From Pelagomonas calceolata (taxonomy: Eukaryota): a stretch of DNA of 64,000 nucleotides. Each line of letters begins with the position of its first letter. Positions within the stretch are counted from its first letter, which is position 1. Shown piece after piece: positions 33,224 through 44,292 of this stretch. The notes beneath the pieces are model-generated. The model was not told the DNA's origin and did no database searches. It saw only the letters and a list, made by a program, of their open reading frames with translations. The stretch lies in NCBI GenBank assembly GCA_918797485.1, contig CAKKNE010000004.1, positions 1,860,001 through 1,924,000 of the forward strand, read 5' to 3'. Both the position numbers and the translations under genes were made by a program.

Positions 33224-34621
33224 TTAGAAGCCCTCGTTCCGCGCGGTGGACTGGTGGGCAGGGCCCGGCCCGACGGCGTCGTTGCCCGGCGACGCGTGCC
33301 GCGCCGGCGGCGGGCCCGCGTCCGCGGCCCGGGACGCGCCGCCGAAGCCCGCCCCGGGACTGAACCGGTAGGCGGCCGCCGCGCCGCCGCCCCGGGTCGC
33401 GAGGTGGTGGTCGAACCGCTCCCTCGCGGGCGAGGCGTCGCACCTGCGTGGAAATCGACCGGTGAGTCGGGCGCACGACCCACGCCGCCACGCCATCGAG
33501 CGGGCGCCGCGTCGACGGCGCGGAGGTTATGGCACGGCGTCGCGCCCGGGCCGGTCGCAGACCGCCCAGCTCGTGACGTCGTGCGCCTGCCACCGCTCGC
33601 CCGTCGCGGCCGTCAGGCCGACGTGGGCCGTGCCGTCGCCCGGCAGGCCCAGCGCCTCCGGCAGGTTGAGCGGCACGGCCAGCGCCGGGCGGTCGGCGGC
33701 CACGCCGTCGTCGAGGAACACGGTCACGAGCCCGAGCCGACGCGCCTCGCCGCCGTCGACGGCGTACCGGGCGGCGGCCGGGTAGGCCGAGAGGTTCCCG
33801 GCGTACCGGGCCGGCACGGACGGCGCGTACGCGACGCGGACGAGGTGCTCGCGGCCGTCGGCGAGGTCCCACGCCGCGGGCGGCGCGAGGCGGTGGGCCG
33901 GGGCCGCGGCGTCGACGGCGCCGGCGCCGGCCGAGCGCAGCTCCACGTGGTCGGCGGCGAACCCGTCCGCGGGCGGGCTGTAGTCGGCGTCGAGCTCGAC
34001 GACGAGCGCGCGCCGCAGCCCGGCGTAGCCGAGGCCGCCGCCCGCCGCGCCCAGCGCGGCCGTCCCGTTCGGGTCGTCGGCCACGACGAAGGCGAGGCCG
34101 TCGCCGCCCCGCACGGCGCACCGCTCGTAGAGCGCGAGGCTGAAGTCGAGGTCGCGGTGCACCGCGCACCGCCGCGTCGGCGCGGCCAGCTGGAACGTGA
34201 AGGTGGCCTCGAAGCCGCGCGCGACGGGCCGGCGCAGGTGGTGCCAGGCGGACCCGCGGGCGTGGGGCCGCGGCGGCGTCAGCCGCAGCCGGCCCGCGCA
34301 CCGCGCGGGCGCGGGCGCGTACGCGTAGGCGTCGCGGTGGAGGAGGCCCGCGCGCGGCGCGTCGTCGGCCCGGCCGCGCAGCGTGTCGGCCGTCTCGACG
34401 CGCTTCGTCTCCGACGTCGTCGCCTGGACGGCGGGCAGCGCGCCGGGCGCGGCGCCGCGCTCGTCGGGGCCGTGCGCGCGGCCGGCCTCGGCCGCGCAGG
34501 CGCTCGTCTCGGCGTCGCCGTTGAGGCGCAGGCCCTGAGTCTCGTTGAAGTCCACGAAGACGAAGTCGCCGCCGACGAGCGCGCCCCGCGCCACCAGGAG
34601 GAGGGGGGCCCAGGGCCGCAT
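33224..34621 (-). CDS. Secreted legume(L-type)-lectin/ConA-like domain protein, two exons
   Basis: RLRLTP..RGSAW, GFEATFTF, GGDGLAFVV, GGGLGY, LVVELD and HVGLTAATG motifs. Splicing 33545-33444 gives VCDRPG|CDASPARERF...NEGF*. Confidence 0.85.
33444..33537 (-). mobile_element. Degenerate introner; intron 33545-33444 (GC-AG, 102 nt)
   Basis: ctgcgtggaaatcgaccggtgagtcggg end. TSD cgtcgcac/cgtcgcgc (7/8). Contains the in-frame stop. Confidence 0.9.
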
Positions 34622-35001
34622 CCGTGCGTCGGCTGGGACGGCCTTGGCGTCCGCCGGGGTGGGGGTCGAGGCGCCGCGAACTGGTGTTCCGTTAGATCCG
34701 GCTTTTGACGCTGCCCCAATAATCCCCAATACCAGTGAAAAAACCCGGCCCTGGGGTAACGCACCATGCATAAATAACTTCACCAACGCGCCCGGGCACG
34801 GCGACGACGACGCACGCTTCTACGACCGGCAGCAAGCTTACGTACACGCTCGCGGGGGATAGCTCCCCCGTCACCCCCCCTAGGCGCGCGCCCCCGCAAC
34901 CCGAATTGACTATAGCTATTTCATAAATAAATAAATAAATAAATTACTCTGTCCTAGCCCGACGGATGGGTCCAGGAGGACCGGGGCCGACTAGGGGGTG
35001 C

Positions 35002-35032
35002 GCGCGCCGTGTAAAACCCGAACCCGAACCCG
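35002..35032. repeat. 31-bp motif GCGCGCCGTGTAAAACCCGAACCCGAACCCG, identical at 62823-62853
   Basis: Exact dispersed repeat with (AACCCG)n units. Confidence 0.9.
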
Positions 35033-35357
35033 GTACCTTGTCCGGACTCGGACCAAACGACAACCGTACAACCGTGACGATATCCGTTGGTCCTGAACTT
35101 GGAAGTTGGATACGATATGCCGTCGCTTATGTGCAAGGGGAGGGGAATATGGTACACGGGCGTCCGGGCCATTTGTCTTGGCGGCCCGGCTCGATGTTCA
35201 GGTGTTCAGGGGAGCGGCGCTCGACGCGGTCCCGGCGCCATGGCAGGGACGGGGAGCCGTGGCGCGGAGCGTCCGGCGCGGGGTTGTCCGCGCGGCGGTC
35301 CGGCCGGGGGCCAGCAAGGGGGGACGGCGGGGGGGGGGCGGCGGGCGCGAGGCCGAG

Positions 35358-37577
35358 CTAGGCCTCGACGGACTTGCCGCCGCGCTCGGAGAGCGCGATC
35401 TCGTCCTTGGAGGCGCCGCCGCCGAGGCCCGTCAGCGCCCGCGTGATGACGGCGATCTCGCCGAAGGACTCGTAGATGGGGAGGCCCACGATGATCACGG
35501 ACGCGAAGAAGCCCCACGCGATGACGACGAAGATCCAGAAGGCGAAGTACGTCTTCGTGAAGACGCCGGCCGGCGTCGACAGGGCGGGCCAGAGGACGAT
35601 GAGGACGAAGGTGGTGCTCCAGCCGACGCGCTTGATCCAGTCCAGCGCGGGCACGAGCTTCTCCTCGCTTAGGTCCTCGGCGTCCAGGCCGCTCTGGTCG
35701 TCGTCGAGCAGCGCGATCTCCTTGAGCGACTGCCAGTCGTAGTCGTCCGGCGCCACGAGGGCCTGGCCCATGCAGATGAACCACGAGATGCCGATCGAGA
35801 AGACGTTGCCCGCGAGCATGGAGGAGAGCGTGCCGAGGCCGAAGCGGTCGAGCGGATCGCCGAGGCCCGCGCACGTGCAGATCCAGGCGACGTAGCCCGA
35901 GATGCAGCCCGCCCAGGCGGCGGCGATGGCGGCCTTGGCCGACACGCGCGAGTTCGTGAGGCAGAACCAGAGCGGCGACACGGCGCAGCCGATGTGGATG
36001 CCCATGAAGCCGTAGACCCAGCCGAGGCCGATGCCGATGGCCCACAGCACCGTCGCGAGGGCGCCCGCGAGCACGCAGTAGATCGGGATGACGATGCGCG
36101 AGACGCGGATGACGTCGTCGCCGTTGGCCTTGGGGTTGAAGTAGGGCTTGTAGATGTCGTACGAGATCAGCGAGCTCACGGCGATGGCCTCCGCGGAACC
36201 CGTGGAGATGATGGCCATGAAGAGCATGATGGCGATGGCCCAGCCGCCGCCCGACCCGAGGAGGTGCACGGCGACGGCGGGCGGCACGAGGCCCGCGCCC
36301 GCCTCCGTGGCCGATATGGGGAGCTGGATGGCCGTGGACGCGACGCCGAGCGACGACGCGAGCGAGAACGGGATCGCGAACCAGACCATGCCGCCGAGCA
36401 TGTAGCCCTTGTGCGCCGAGGCCGGCTTGGCGGCGATGGCCGACTGCCAGTACGACTGGTCGCAGAAGACGGTGCCGAAGTTGCCCACGATGTTGATGAT
36501 GCCGAACTTGAGGCCCTCGAGCGAGATCATGGTCAGGTAGGAGCCCGTGTCCGTATCCATGCCCTTGTTGCCCACGACGCCGCCGCACGCGAACTGTTTC
36601 GTGCAGTCGTCCGCGTCGAGGCACTCAGCCAGCTTCGACTTCTCCTCGCGGTAGAGGAAGAGTTCGCTCGGTGGCGGCGTGTTCTTGTCTTTGTTCGGCA
36701 AAGCGGACCACACCGTGTATGTCGGCGACCCCGTCCCCTGCACGAAGTCCTCCGAGAAGATGTGGCGGCACTCTTCCTCCGTGTACGACGAGGTCTCCTT
36801 GATCATCGTCCAGATCTGGTTCGAGGAGAACTCGCTCACGTAGATCGTGTAGATCATCATGAGGAGCACGACGAAGATGATGGACGTGTGGATGTAGCTC
36901 GCGAGGAAGGTCGCCTTGAGGCCGCCGTACATGGTGTAGGGGATCACCGAGATGGGGATGAGGAACGAGGCGAGGATCGTGTCCATGCCCGTCAGCGCGT
37001 TGATGGTGGCGCCGCCGCCGAGGATGAGCATGGACGTGACGATGAGGTTCGCGGAGAAGCCGAAGAAGAGGAACGTGCTGTGCGCCTCGGGCCAGCGCGC
37101 CTTGACGATCTCGCACATGGTGTGCGCGGTGGGGCACTTGCGCTTGATCTCGATGGCGAGGATGCCGAAGAGGAGCACCTGGATCGTGGCACCGGAGGCG
37201 TACCAGAAGGGCCCGGAGATGCCGTAGTTCCAGGCGACGTTGGACGACTGCAGCAGCGTGGCCGCCCAGGTCCACTGCGACACGATGACGGAGGCCGTGA
37301 GGCCCGTCTTGACGGAGCGGCCGGCCGTGTTGAAGAACTCGGACGAGATGGCGCCCGAGCGCGTGTAGGCCACCTCGAGGTGCGTGAGGATCGCCGCGAG
37401 CAGCGTCATGCCGAGGCCCATGCCGATGACGATGATGTAGCCCGACGCCTTCGATAGCGGCGCCTTGCCGCCGAAGAACGAGTCCTCCTGGTAGTACTTC
37501 TCGGGCATGTGCGTGCAAATCGCATCGGGATTTTGTGACCGAGCCAGATCGCAAAAGGCGAGTTCGGGGGTCGCCAT
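35358..37577 (-). CDS. DUR3: Urea active transporter (SSS family)
   Basis: SEFFNTAGRSVKTGLTASVIVSQWTWAATLLQSS, GISGPFWYASGATIQ and NFGTVFCDQSYWQSAIAA motifs. Confidence 0.96.
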   Translation of the reverse strand: MATPELAFCDLARSQNPDAICTHMPEKYYQEDSFFGGKAPLSKASGYIIVIGMGLGMTLLAAILTHLEVAYTRSGAISSEFFNTAGRSVKTGLTASVIVSQWTWAATLLQSSNVAWNYGISGPFWYASGATIQVLLFGILAIEIKRKCPTAHTMCEIVKARWPEAHSTFLFFGFSANLIVTSMLILGGGATINALTGMDTILASFLIPISVIPYTMYGGLKATFLASYIHTSIIFVVLLMMIYTIYVSEFSSNQIWTMIKETSSYTEEECRHIFSEDFVQGTGSPTYTVWSALPNKDKNTPPPSELFLYREEKSKLAECLDADDCTKQFACGGVVGNKGMDTDTGSYLTMISLEGLKFGIINIVGNFGTVFCDQSYWQSAIAAKPASAHKGYMLGGMVWFAIPFSLASSLGVASTAIQLPISATEAGAGLVPPAVAVHLLGSGGGWAIAIMLFMAIISTGSAEAIAVSSLISYDIYKPYFNPKANGDDVIRVSRIVIPIYCVLAGALATVLWAIGIGLGWVYGFMGIHIGCAVSPLWFCLTNSRVSAKAAIAAAWAGCISGYVAWICTCAGLGDPLDRFGLGTLSSMLAGNVFSIGISWFICMGQALVAPDDYDWQSLKEIALLDDDQSGLDAEDLSEEKLVPALDWIKRVGWSTTFVLIVLWPALSTPAGVFTKTYFAFWIFVVIAWGFFASVIIVGLPIYESFGEIAVITRALTGLGGGASKDEIALSERGGKSVEA

Positions 37578-37863
37578 GGTGAATCGACCTGCGGCGCGGC
37601 GGGTGGTCGGGCGGTCGGGGGGGGGAGGGGGCGTTGGCGGCTGCTCGCGCCCCGGTGATGCTGGCCTGCCGCGGCGTGTGGCGGCAGCGCGCGCGCCGCC
37701 GCGCGCGGGGGGGGGCGTGGCAGCCCGCGGCGGCGAACAGTGTATTCGGACCCGGGTCAGCACTTTCTAACCCTCCCTGTCGTGTGTAGAGCAGATTTGG
37801 CGCCTCTCGCCGACGTTAATTATTGAGGAAGAGAGATACGTTGCAGTGGGGAAAAGGTGGGGG

Positions 37864-38150
37864 ATAAATAAATAAATAAATAAATAAATTAAGGAAGACC
37901 TAAAAAAAAAGGAACAAGCTCCTAAGAGCCTTCTCCCCGCTCGGTCAGGATGCCCAACCGGAGCCTCGAAATAGCAATAAGGTATCTATACATAGTATTC
38001 TCAGTCTCGTGAGGTAAGTCGTCACTCATTAGGACGTCGCAAAGACCTTCGGGGCTCAAACCACGCGCGATAGGGTGCAACTCGTAGAACCGTTCAAGGA
38101 ACGTGTCACGTTCTTTGCGTTCGATTTTATTAGTTCCGACAGAACCCAAC
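37864..38150 (-). mobile_element. 5'-truncated non-LTR retrotransposon (LINE-like) 3' end with (TTTA)n tail
   Basis: AT-richer ORF tail (ERDTFLERFYELHP...YRYLIAISRLRLGILTERGEGS*), short T-rich 3'UTR, then (ttta)6. The same 3' end recurs at ~24752, ~26722 and ~33020. The 5' boundary is approximate. Confidence 0.6.
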
Positions 38151-38189
38151 TCTGGTGCTGGCAACCCCGCCCGCGACGGAAGCCACCCT

Positions 38190-38640
38190 ATGCCGAGCCG
38201 ATGCTTCTCGCCGCCGCTCAGACGGAGGCCTCGTTCGCCTACCACAGTATCGTAGCCGTCCTCCCAGGAAATGACGCGGTCGTGGAGCTGGGCGCGTTTC
38301 GCCGCTTGCACGACGCGCTCGCGGTCGTCGCCCTCGAGGCCGTAGCCGATGTTAAACGCGACACTCTCGTTAAAGAGTACAGTCTCCTGGGCGACGACGG
38401 CCGTCAACCGGCGCAGCGACGCTTGCTTGACTCCTCTGATATCTATGCCGCCGACGCGTACACTGCCGCCCGCGACGTCGTAGAGGCGGCACGCCAGCCG
38501 CGCCGTCGTGCTCTTGCCTGACCCAGACGGACCGACGAATGCTACCGTCTTGCCCGCGGCGACGACGAACGACAGATCGAAGACCCCGGCTAAGTTGGGC
38601 CGTAGCGGAACGACACATCGTCGAACACGACTTCAACAGC
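38190..38640 (-). pseudogene. ABCB (ATM1/HMT1-like) nucleotide-binding-domain fragment
   Basis: EVVFDDVSFRYG, a stop/frameshift near 38590, then VAFVGPSGSGKST, VAQETVLFN and VGERGLRLSGGEK. Truncated before Walker B; no TM domain. Confidence 0.85.
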
Positions 38641-38700
38641 ACCTCCTCCCGGGAAGTAGTTACGCCCGCGACGCCATGGCCGCGAACTGGCCACGACTCC

Positions 38701-39273
38701 TCATGAACGCCGTCGCGGGCGCCGCGGGCGGCCGTCCGAGTCGGAGTCGTCCCCTTGTTTGGCGCCGCTGCCCCGGCGCCTTCGGCGGCGCGCTGGCAGG
38801 GCGTCCTCGCCGGGCAGGCTATCGGGCGCGGGGACGGGCACCGCGCGCGCGCCGTCCGACCCCGAGTCGCTCGTCGAGCCGTCCGCGCGCGCCGCGTCGC
38901 CCCGCAGGACGCGCCACGCCGTGTCGCGGTGGCGGCCGGCGTCTGGCTCCGGCGGCCGCGGCCGCGCCGCGGGCGCGGCGCCGCCGCCCGCGTCCTTGGG
39001 CTGCGCCGCGGCGTCCGCGTCGAAGCGCCCCGCGTGCACGAGGCGCCACGCCCCGCGCCTGTCCCACGCCGTCCAAGCCGAGGGCGCGCCCGGCGGGGCG
39101 CCCGCGGTCCCGCGCGGCCTCGCGAGGCCCGGCGCGGCGGCGGCCGCCGAGCGCCAGCCGCCGTCCGCGCGGAGGGCGGCGCCGTCGTCGGACCCATTGT
39201 CCCCGCCGCGACCTCTGCCGATCTTCGCGCTGGCGTCGAGGTGCGCGGCCTCGCCCTTGGACTTGGACTCCAT
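38701..39273 (-). CDS. Hypothetical low-complexity protein (190 aa)
   Basis: GC-rich ORF with ATG and host-like codons. No recognisable domain. Confidence 0.4.
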   Translation of the reverse strand: MESKSKGEAAHLDASAKIGRGRGGDNGSDDGAALRADGGWRSAAAAAPGLARPRGTAGAPPGAPSAWTAWDRRGAWRLVHAGRFDADAAAQPKDAGGGAAPAARPRPPEPDAGRHRDTAWRVLRGDAARADGSTSDSGSDGARAVPVPAPDSLPGEDALPARRRRRRGSGAKQGDDSDSDGRPRRPRRRS

Positions 39274-39662
39274 GGGCAGCCCTACACCATGCTGCCCCGC
39301 GGGCGCGCGCGCTCCGCTAGATAGCCGCCATCATGCCTCGGTGCGGTACCGGCGAAATAACTACCGCAGTCCTCCAAGCCCGGGCGCCCGCCGCAAGGGG
39401 TACTTTATTATTATACCCTGCAGGCCTGCGGCGCGCCGGCGCCCGGCGACGGGTTTTGCCCGGGGCTAGCCAAGCTTGGCCAAGCGTGGAGGGGGGCTCG
39501 GTGTGCGTGTCCCTCGGTCCAGCTTGAAAGGTGGCTGGATTGGCAGCCCGTAACTTGCAAGAGTTACGCCATCATCGCTGCACGATCCTCGGAGGCTACT
39601 TGCCTGGGCACAGCCATGCGCCCGCGAAGGACCGTAGCAGCCCTCGTCGCCGCGACCGCGTG

Positions 39663-40184
39663 ATGGCTGGCGCGCTCGCGCTCGCGGCGCCGCCGTGGTG
39701 GGAGCCGCGGCGGTGGGCGAAGCGCGTCTGGCGCGCGGCGCAGCGCTTCTGGCGGCTCCGCGTCACGCGGCGCTACAAGGTCCGCGCGGGCGGCGTCGTC
39801 GTGCGCGGCGACGAGGTCCTGCTCATCAGCTCGCGGAAGACGCCCGGCGCCTGGATCCTGCCCGCGGGCACGGCGGAGCGCGGCGAAACGCTGCGCGAGA
39901 CGGCGCTGCGCGAGGTCCGCGAGGAGGCGGGCGTCGCCTGCGTCGTGGCGCGCGACCTCGGCGCGTTCGCCGACGACGCCAAGCTCGTGCGGACGACGTT
40001 TTACGTCATGCGCGTGGCGACGAGCTACGCCGAATGGGAGGACCGCGACCGGGGGCGGCTGCGACGGTGGTGGCGCGCGCGGGACGCGTCGCCGCGCCTC
40101 AAGGCGCGCGACCGGGAGGCGCTCGCCGCGTACCTCGCGTGCCTCGAGGACGACGACGATACTCGTAGATTAGGGGAGACCTAA
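39663..40184 (+). CDS. Nudix hydrolase, DIPP/NUDT3-like
   Basis: EVLLISSRK..WILPAGTAERGETLRETALREVREEAGV Nudix box; WED..RLRRW. Confidence 0.88.
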   Translation: MAGALALAAPPWWEPRRWAKRVWRAAQRFWRLRVTRRYKVRAGGVVVRGDEVLLISSRKTPGAWILPAGTAERGETLRETALREVREEAGVACVVARDLGAFADDAKLVRTTFYVMRVATSYAEWEDRDRGRLRRWWRARDASPRLKARDREALAAYLACLEDDDDTRRLGET

Positions 40185-40671
40185 TCGATTTAATTATTTC
40201 ATTATTATTTACCCTAGTAGGGTTAATCGCGGCCCCAGGAGGAGGAGGGAAGGACCACTGCCTTCAAACGAAGAGCTCCTCCCGCTCCCCGGGCTCGACC
40301 CCCGAGTAGTAGAAATGGACCCGTGTGGCCGAGCTCCAAGCAAAGGCACTGCGAAATCAAGGAACGATAACTAGGGCGAAATTGTTGGTTATCCTATACC
40401 CTTCTATATCTCAGAGTATATACACTTACTTCACACACAACACGCAACGCGTAATAAACACCGTAAAACCAAAACTACTTAGTATTTTAAGGTAGCTCCC
40501 CGGCAGACTATCTCAGCCGCCGTACTCCCAGAGGTGCGTACTCCTTTGGTTCTGCATCATTCGCACGACCACCCTGAAGAACGGACACCACCTCCCGAGG
40601 TCTGCCAGTGCAGGACAACGAATCTACAAACGACATCATGGGACAAATCGAGTACATTAGTGCATATGACG

Positions 40672-42378
40672 CTAGCCGGCGCGGCCCCGCCAGGCGGCCG
40701 GCGCGCGGCCGCCCGCGAGGAGGTCGCGGCCCGCGCCGGCGACGACCCGGGCGTGCGCGGGGGCGGCGCGCCGGTCGTCGTCCAGCGCGTCGACGTCGTC
40801 GGGCGCGAGGCCGCGCGCTCTGGCGGCGGCGGTCGCGCGGCGGGGCCGCGCGACGGGCGCGGCCGCGGCGAGCCGGGGCGCCGTGAGCGCCGCGAGCGCC
40901 TTGAGCCGGGCCTCGTCGCGCGCAGCGCGCCCCGCGCGCGCCCCGGCCGCCAGAGCGCGCGACCTGGCCGCGCGGAGCGCCGCGGCGGCGCGCGCCTCGG
41001 CGTTGGCGCGCGCGCGGTCCGCGGCGGCGGTCTTCGCGGCGGCGGCGCGCGCCGCGGTGCGCGGGCTCGGTGGCGGCGGGCGCGCGGCAGCCGCCGCGGC
41101 GTCGCGCGCGGCGGAAGCCCCGCGGCGGAGCGCGTCGAGGCGGGCGCGGCGGGCGCGGCGCGCTCGCGCGCGCGCCGCCTCGGCCGCGACCGCCGCGTCA
41201 GAAGCCGCGCGCGCGGCCGCGGCGCGGTCCTCGTCCGCCCGTCGCGCCTTGGCCGCGCGCCACGCGCGCGCCCGGGCGCGCGCGGCGTCGCGGCGGCGCG
41301 CGGCGGCGGCGGCGCGCGCGGCGTCCGCGGCGCGTGCGGCCGCCTCGGCTTCGGCCGTCGCGGCGGCCTCCGCGGCCGCGGCCTGTGTGGAAATCATATT
41401 TCAGGCGCCCCACGCATCGTCGTCCCCGTGGATTGCGTCTGCTCGATGGCGTGGAGGTGCACGAAGGTCTCCGCAATGATAACCTAAGCCACTGGTTGAT
41501 TCCACACAGGCCACAACCTCGGCGGCGTCGCCGTCGCGGCCGCCGCGCCAGGCGGCGACGAGGCGCCTCCGGCGGGCGAGCAGCGCCGCGCGACGCAGGT
41601 GCCACCGCGCGTGCGCCGCGACCTCGGCGGCGGTCCGCCGCAGCGCGCCGCCCGTGGCCGCGTGCGCGGCGGCGGCGGCGGCGGCGACGGCGGCGGCGTC
41701 GGGCGCGGCGCCGAGGCGCGCCGCCGCCGGCGCCCAGGCCTCGAGGAAGACTGCGTGCTCGTCGGCGGGCCACCCCCCGGTCGGCCCGCCGGCGGCGAGG
41801 CGCGCGTCGACGCGCCGGAGCTCCCCGGCTACGTCACGCGTCGCTTCTGGACGCGCATCCGGCGGCGGCGGCGGCGGCGCGTCGCCGGGAGCGGCCGGCG
41901 GCGGCGGCACCCCGTCCGGGTCGTCACCGTCCCAGGCCGCGAAGCGCGCCGCCGCCTTGGCCAACTCGCGCGACACGGCCCGCTCGTCCGCGCGGAGCCG
42001 CTCGAACTCGGCCCGCTGGCCCGCGCGGAAGCGACTGAGATCAGCGTCGAAACGCTTCAACCCCATCTCGTCGTCCGCCTCGTCGCTCGCGTGGTTCCGC
42101 GCGTGCGAGGCGAGGCTCGCGTCGCCCCGCGCCAGCCGCTCCAACTTGACGCGGAGCCTATCCAGCGCCGCGCGCTGCCCCCGCAAGGCTTTCTGGAGTT
42201 CCGCGCGCGCGGAGTCGCGCTTTTCTGAGAGCGCCTGACCCTCGTCGCCCGCCTGCCGGACGTCGGCCTGTGACGACTTCTGGACTGCCACAACTTGCTC
42301 CTGCTCCGCCCGGCTGCTAAGCAACGCCAGCGCGCGGGCCTGGGCGCCCCAGCCCCGCGCCGTGGGCGGCGGGCCCAT
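40672..42378 (-). CDS. CCDC112: Coiled-coil protein, CCDC112-like, two exons
   Basis: GGPTGGWPADEHAVFLEAW and RTAAEVAAHARWH..RRRLVAAWR. Splicing 41517-41383 joins the two track ORFs. Confidence 0.7.
41383..41509. mobile_element. Introner, antisense to host; intron 41517-41383 on the minus strand (GT-AG, 135 nt)
   Basis: TIRs ctgtgtggaaatca/tgattccacacag. TSD gccgcggc/gccacaac (5/8). Confidence 0.92.
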
Positions 42379-42457
42379 CCTTCGGCTCTACCGTTCGCTC
42401 GCGCCGCCGCGCGCAAAAAGTTGTTTTTTAAAGGTACCTGGGTACCTGCAAAGTTGG

Positions 42458-42563
42458 GAAATTTATGAGTGGAAAGGAGGCCGCCACCGCGGACGACAAC
42501 CGCGGGGACCGAAATTTATGAGTGGAAAGGAGGCCGCCACCGCGGACGACAACCGCGGGGACC
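42458..42563. repeat. Perfect 53-bp tandem duplication in a divergent promoter
   Basis: gaaatttatgagtggaaaggaggccgccaccgcggacgacaaccgcggggacc x2. Confidence 0.95.
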
Positions 42564-42874
42564 CCCGGACTATTCGCCCGCCCCGGGCCGCGCTGGACAT
42601 ACCTACGGCATAGAAGATTCTACTGACTAGAGTGTAGAAGAAAGATGGTTCAGGAACCCGCCGGGGGGACGAAACCAGAGGCCTGCGACGCACGGCAATG
42701 GCTGTCGACGTAGAAACCCGCGACGCACGAAGAGTGATCGAATTAGCTAGCGGCCCGAAAGACACTAGGCATCCCAGACAAGCAAGACTGCAGCCTGAGC
42801 TAGCATGTGGCAGCGCATTCTGTGAGTTACTAACCATCCCGTAAGCGGTGTCCGTGGCGTGCCGAGCGGCCGAC

Positions 42875-43192
42875 ATGCGCCACGATCCGGCGGCGCCGCC
42901 CCCCGTCGTCCTCGAGTGCGAGGACCTCGCCTTCGACTACGACACTCACAAGGACGCGTTCGGCCTGCGCGACGTGTCGCTCCGGCTCCGCGCGGGCCGG
43001 GCGCTGGGCGTCATCGGGCTGAACGGCGCCGGCAAGTCCACGCTGTGCAAGGTGCTGAGCGCCGCCGAGCTGCCTGGCGCGGCCGGGGGCGACTGGCGGC
43101 CCCTGCGCGGCCGCGTGGCGTGGCGGCCGCGGGGCGGCGGCGCGGCCGTCGACCCACACGCGCGCTGGCGGGCGTCGGGCCACTGGCTGGCC

Positions 43193-43229
<37 letters not shown>

Positions 43230-44203
43230 ACGGCCGGTGGGCGGCGGCGGCGGCCGCGCTGGCGCTCGCGGGCTGGTGGGCGGCGCGGCGGCGGCGGCGG
43301 CGGTACCGCGCCGCCGTCGTCTACTGCTCGTCGGAGCACGACCTCGCGGCCCACGTGCTCGAGGACGCGTGGCCGCTCGCGCGCGCGGTCTGCGGCCACC
43401 TGGCGGGGCTCGACGCGGCGGCGCGGGCCGCGCTCGCGGAGCGGCTGCTGGACTGGGCGGGCTTCCGGCGGTACGGCGACGACGGCGCGGTCGCGGCGGA
43501 CGCGGCGGCGTGCGTCGCGGACGCGGCGCTCACGTGCGGCGCGCTGAGCGGCGGACAGCGCCAGCTCGTGTACCTGCTGCGGTGCCTCGCGCCGTGCTTC
43601 GCGCCCGGCGCGCGCGGGGCGCCGGACGTGCTCGTGCTGGACGAGGCCTTCACCGGGCTCGACGCGCGCGTGAAGCCGCGCGCGCTCCGCCTGGTGCGGG
43701 AGGCGCGGGCCGGCGCGCGCGTGGCGCTCCTCGTCGTCTCCCAGAACCTGCACGAGCTCGCGGCGCTGTGCGACGAGTGCGCATGCGTGGCGGCGGGCCG
43801 GCTCGTCGACCGCGGGCCGGCGCCCGACTTCCTCCGCCCGGCGCGGCCGGGCGCCCACGCCGCCGCGGCGTTCTACCTCGACGCGTACTGGGCGCTCGAG
43901 CGGGACATGCGGGCCGCGGCGGGGCCGGCGCTCCCCCCGGAGGCGCTCGCGCGCGCCGCCGGCGCCGAGCTGCGCCGGCAGATCGCCGGCCTGCCGGCCC
44001 TCCGGCGGTGGGGCCCGCCCTGGGACCCCCGCGCGCCCGCGCGCGGCGCCGCCGTCGAGGTCGGGGGCCTCGAGGCGCAGCGGCGCTTCAACGGGCGGCG
44101 CGGGCGCGTCCTCGGCGCGGGCGCGGGCCGCTACCGCGTGCGCCTCGCGGACGGCCAGGTGCTGGGCGTGCGGCGGTGCCACCTGAACCCGCTCCGGCCG
44201 TGA
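42875..44203 (+). CDS. Stand-alone ABC ATPase with internal hydrophobic insert and C-terminal SH3/KOW-like domain
   Basis: Walker A GLNGAGKST, signature LSGGQRQ, Walker B VLVLDEAFTGLD. The H-loop His is replaced (VVSQN). Confidence 0.85.
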
Positions 44204-44292
44204 AGTCGAACTCAATAGGAGGCCTCACTGTACAGGAGTCTTATGGACAGGGGGCGCCGTATGACGTATGGACAGGGGGGGCGCGCGCGCTT

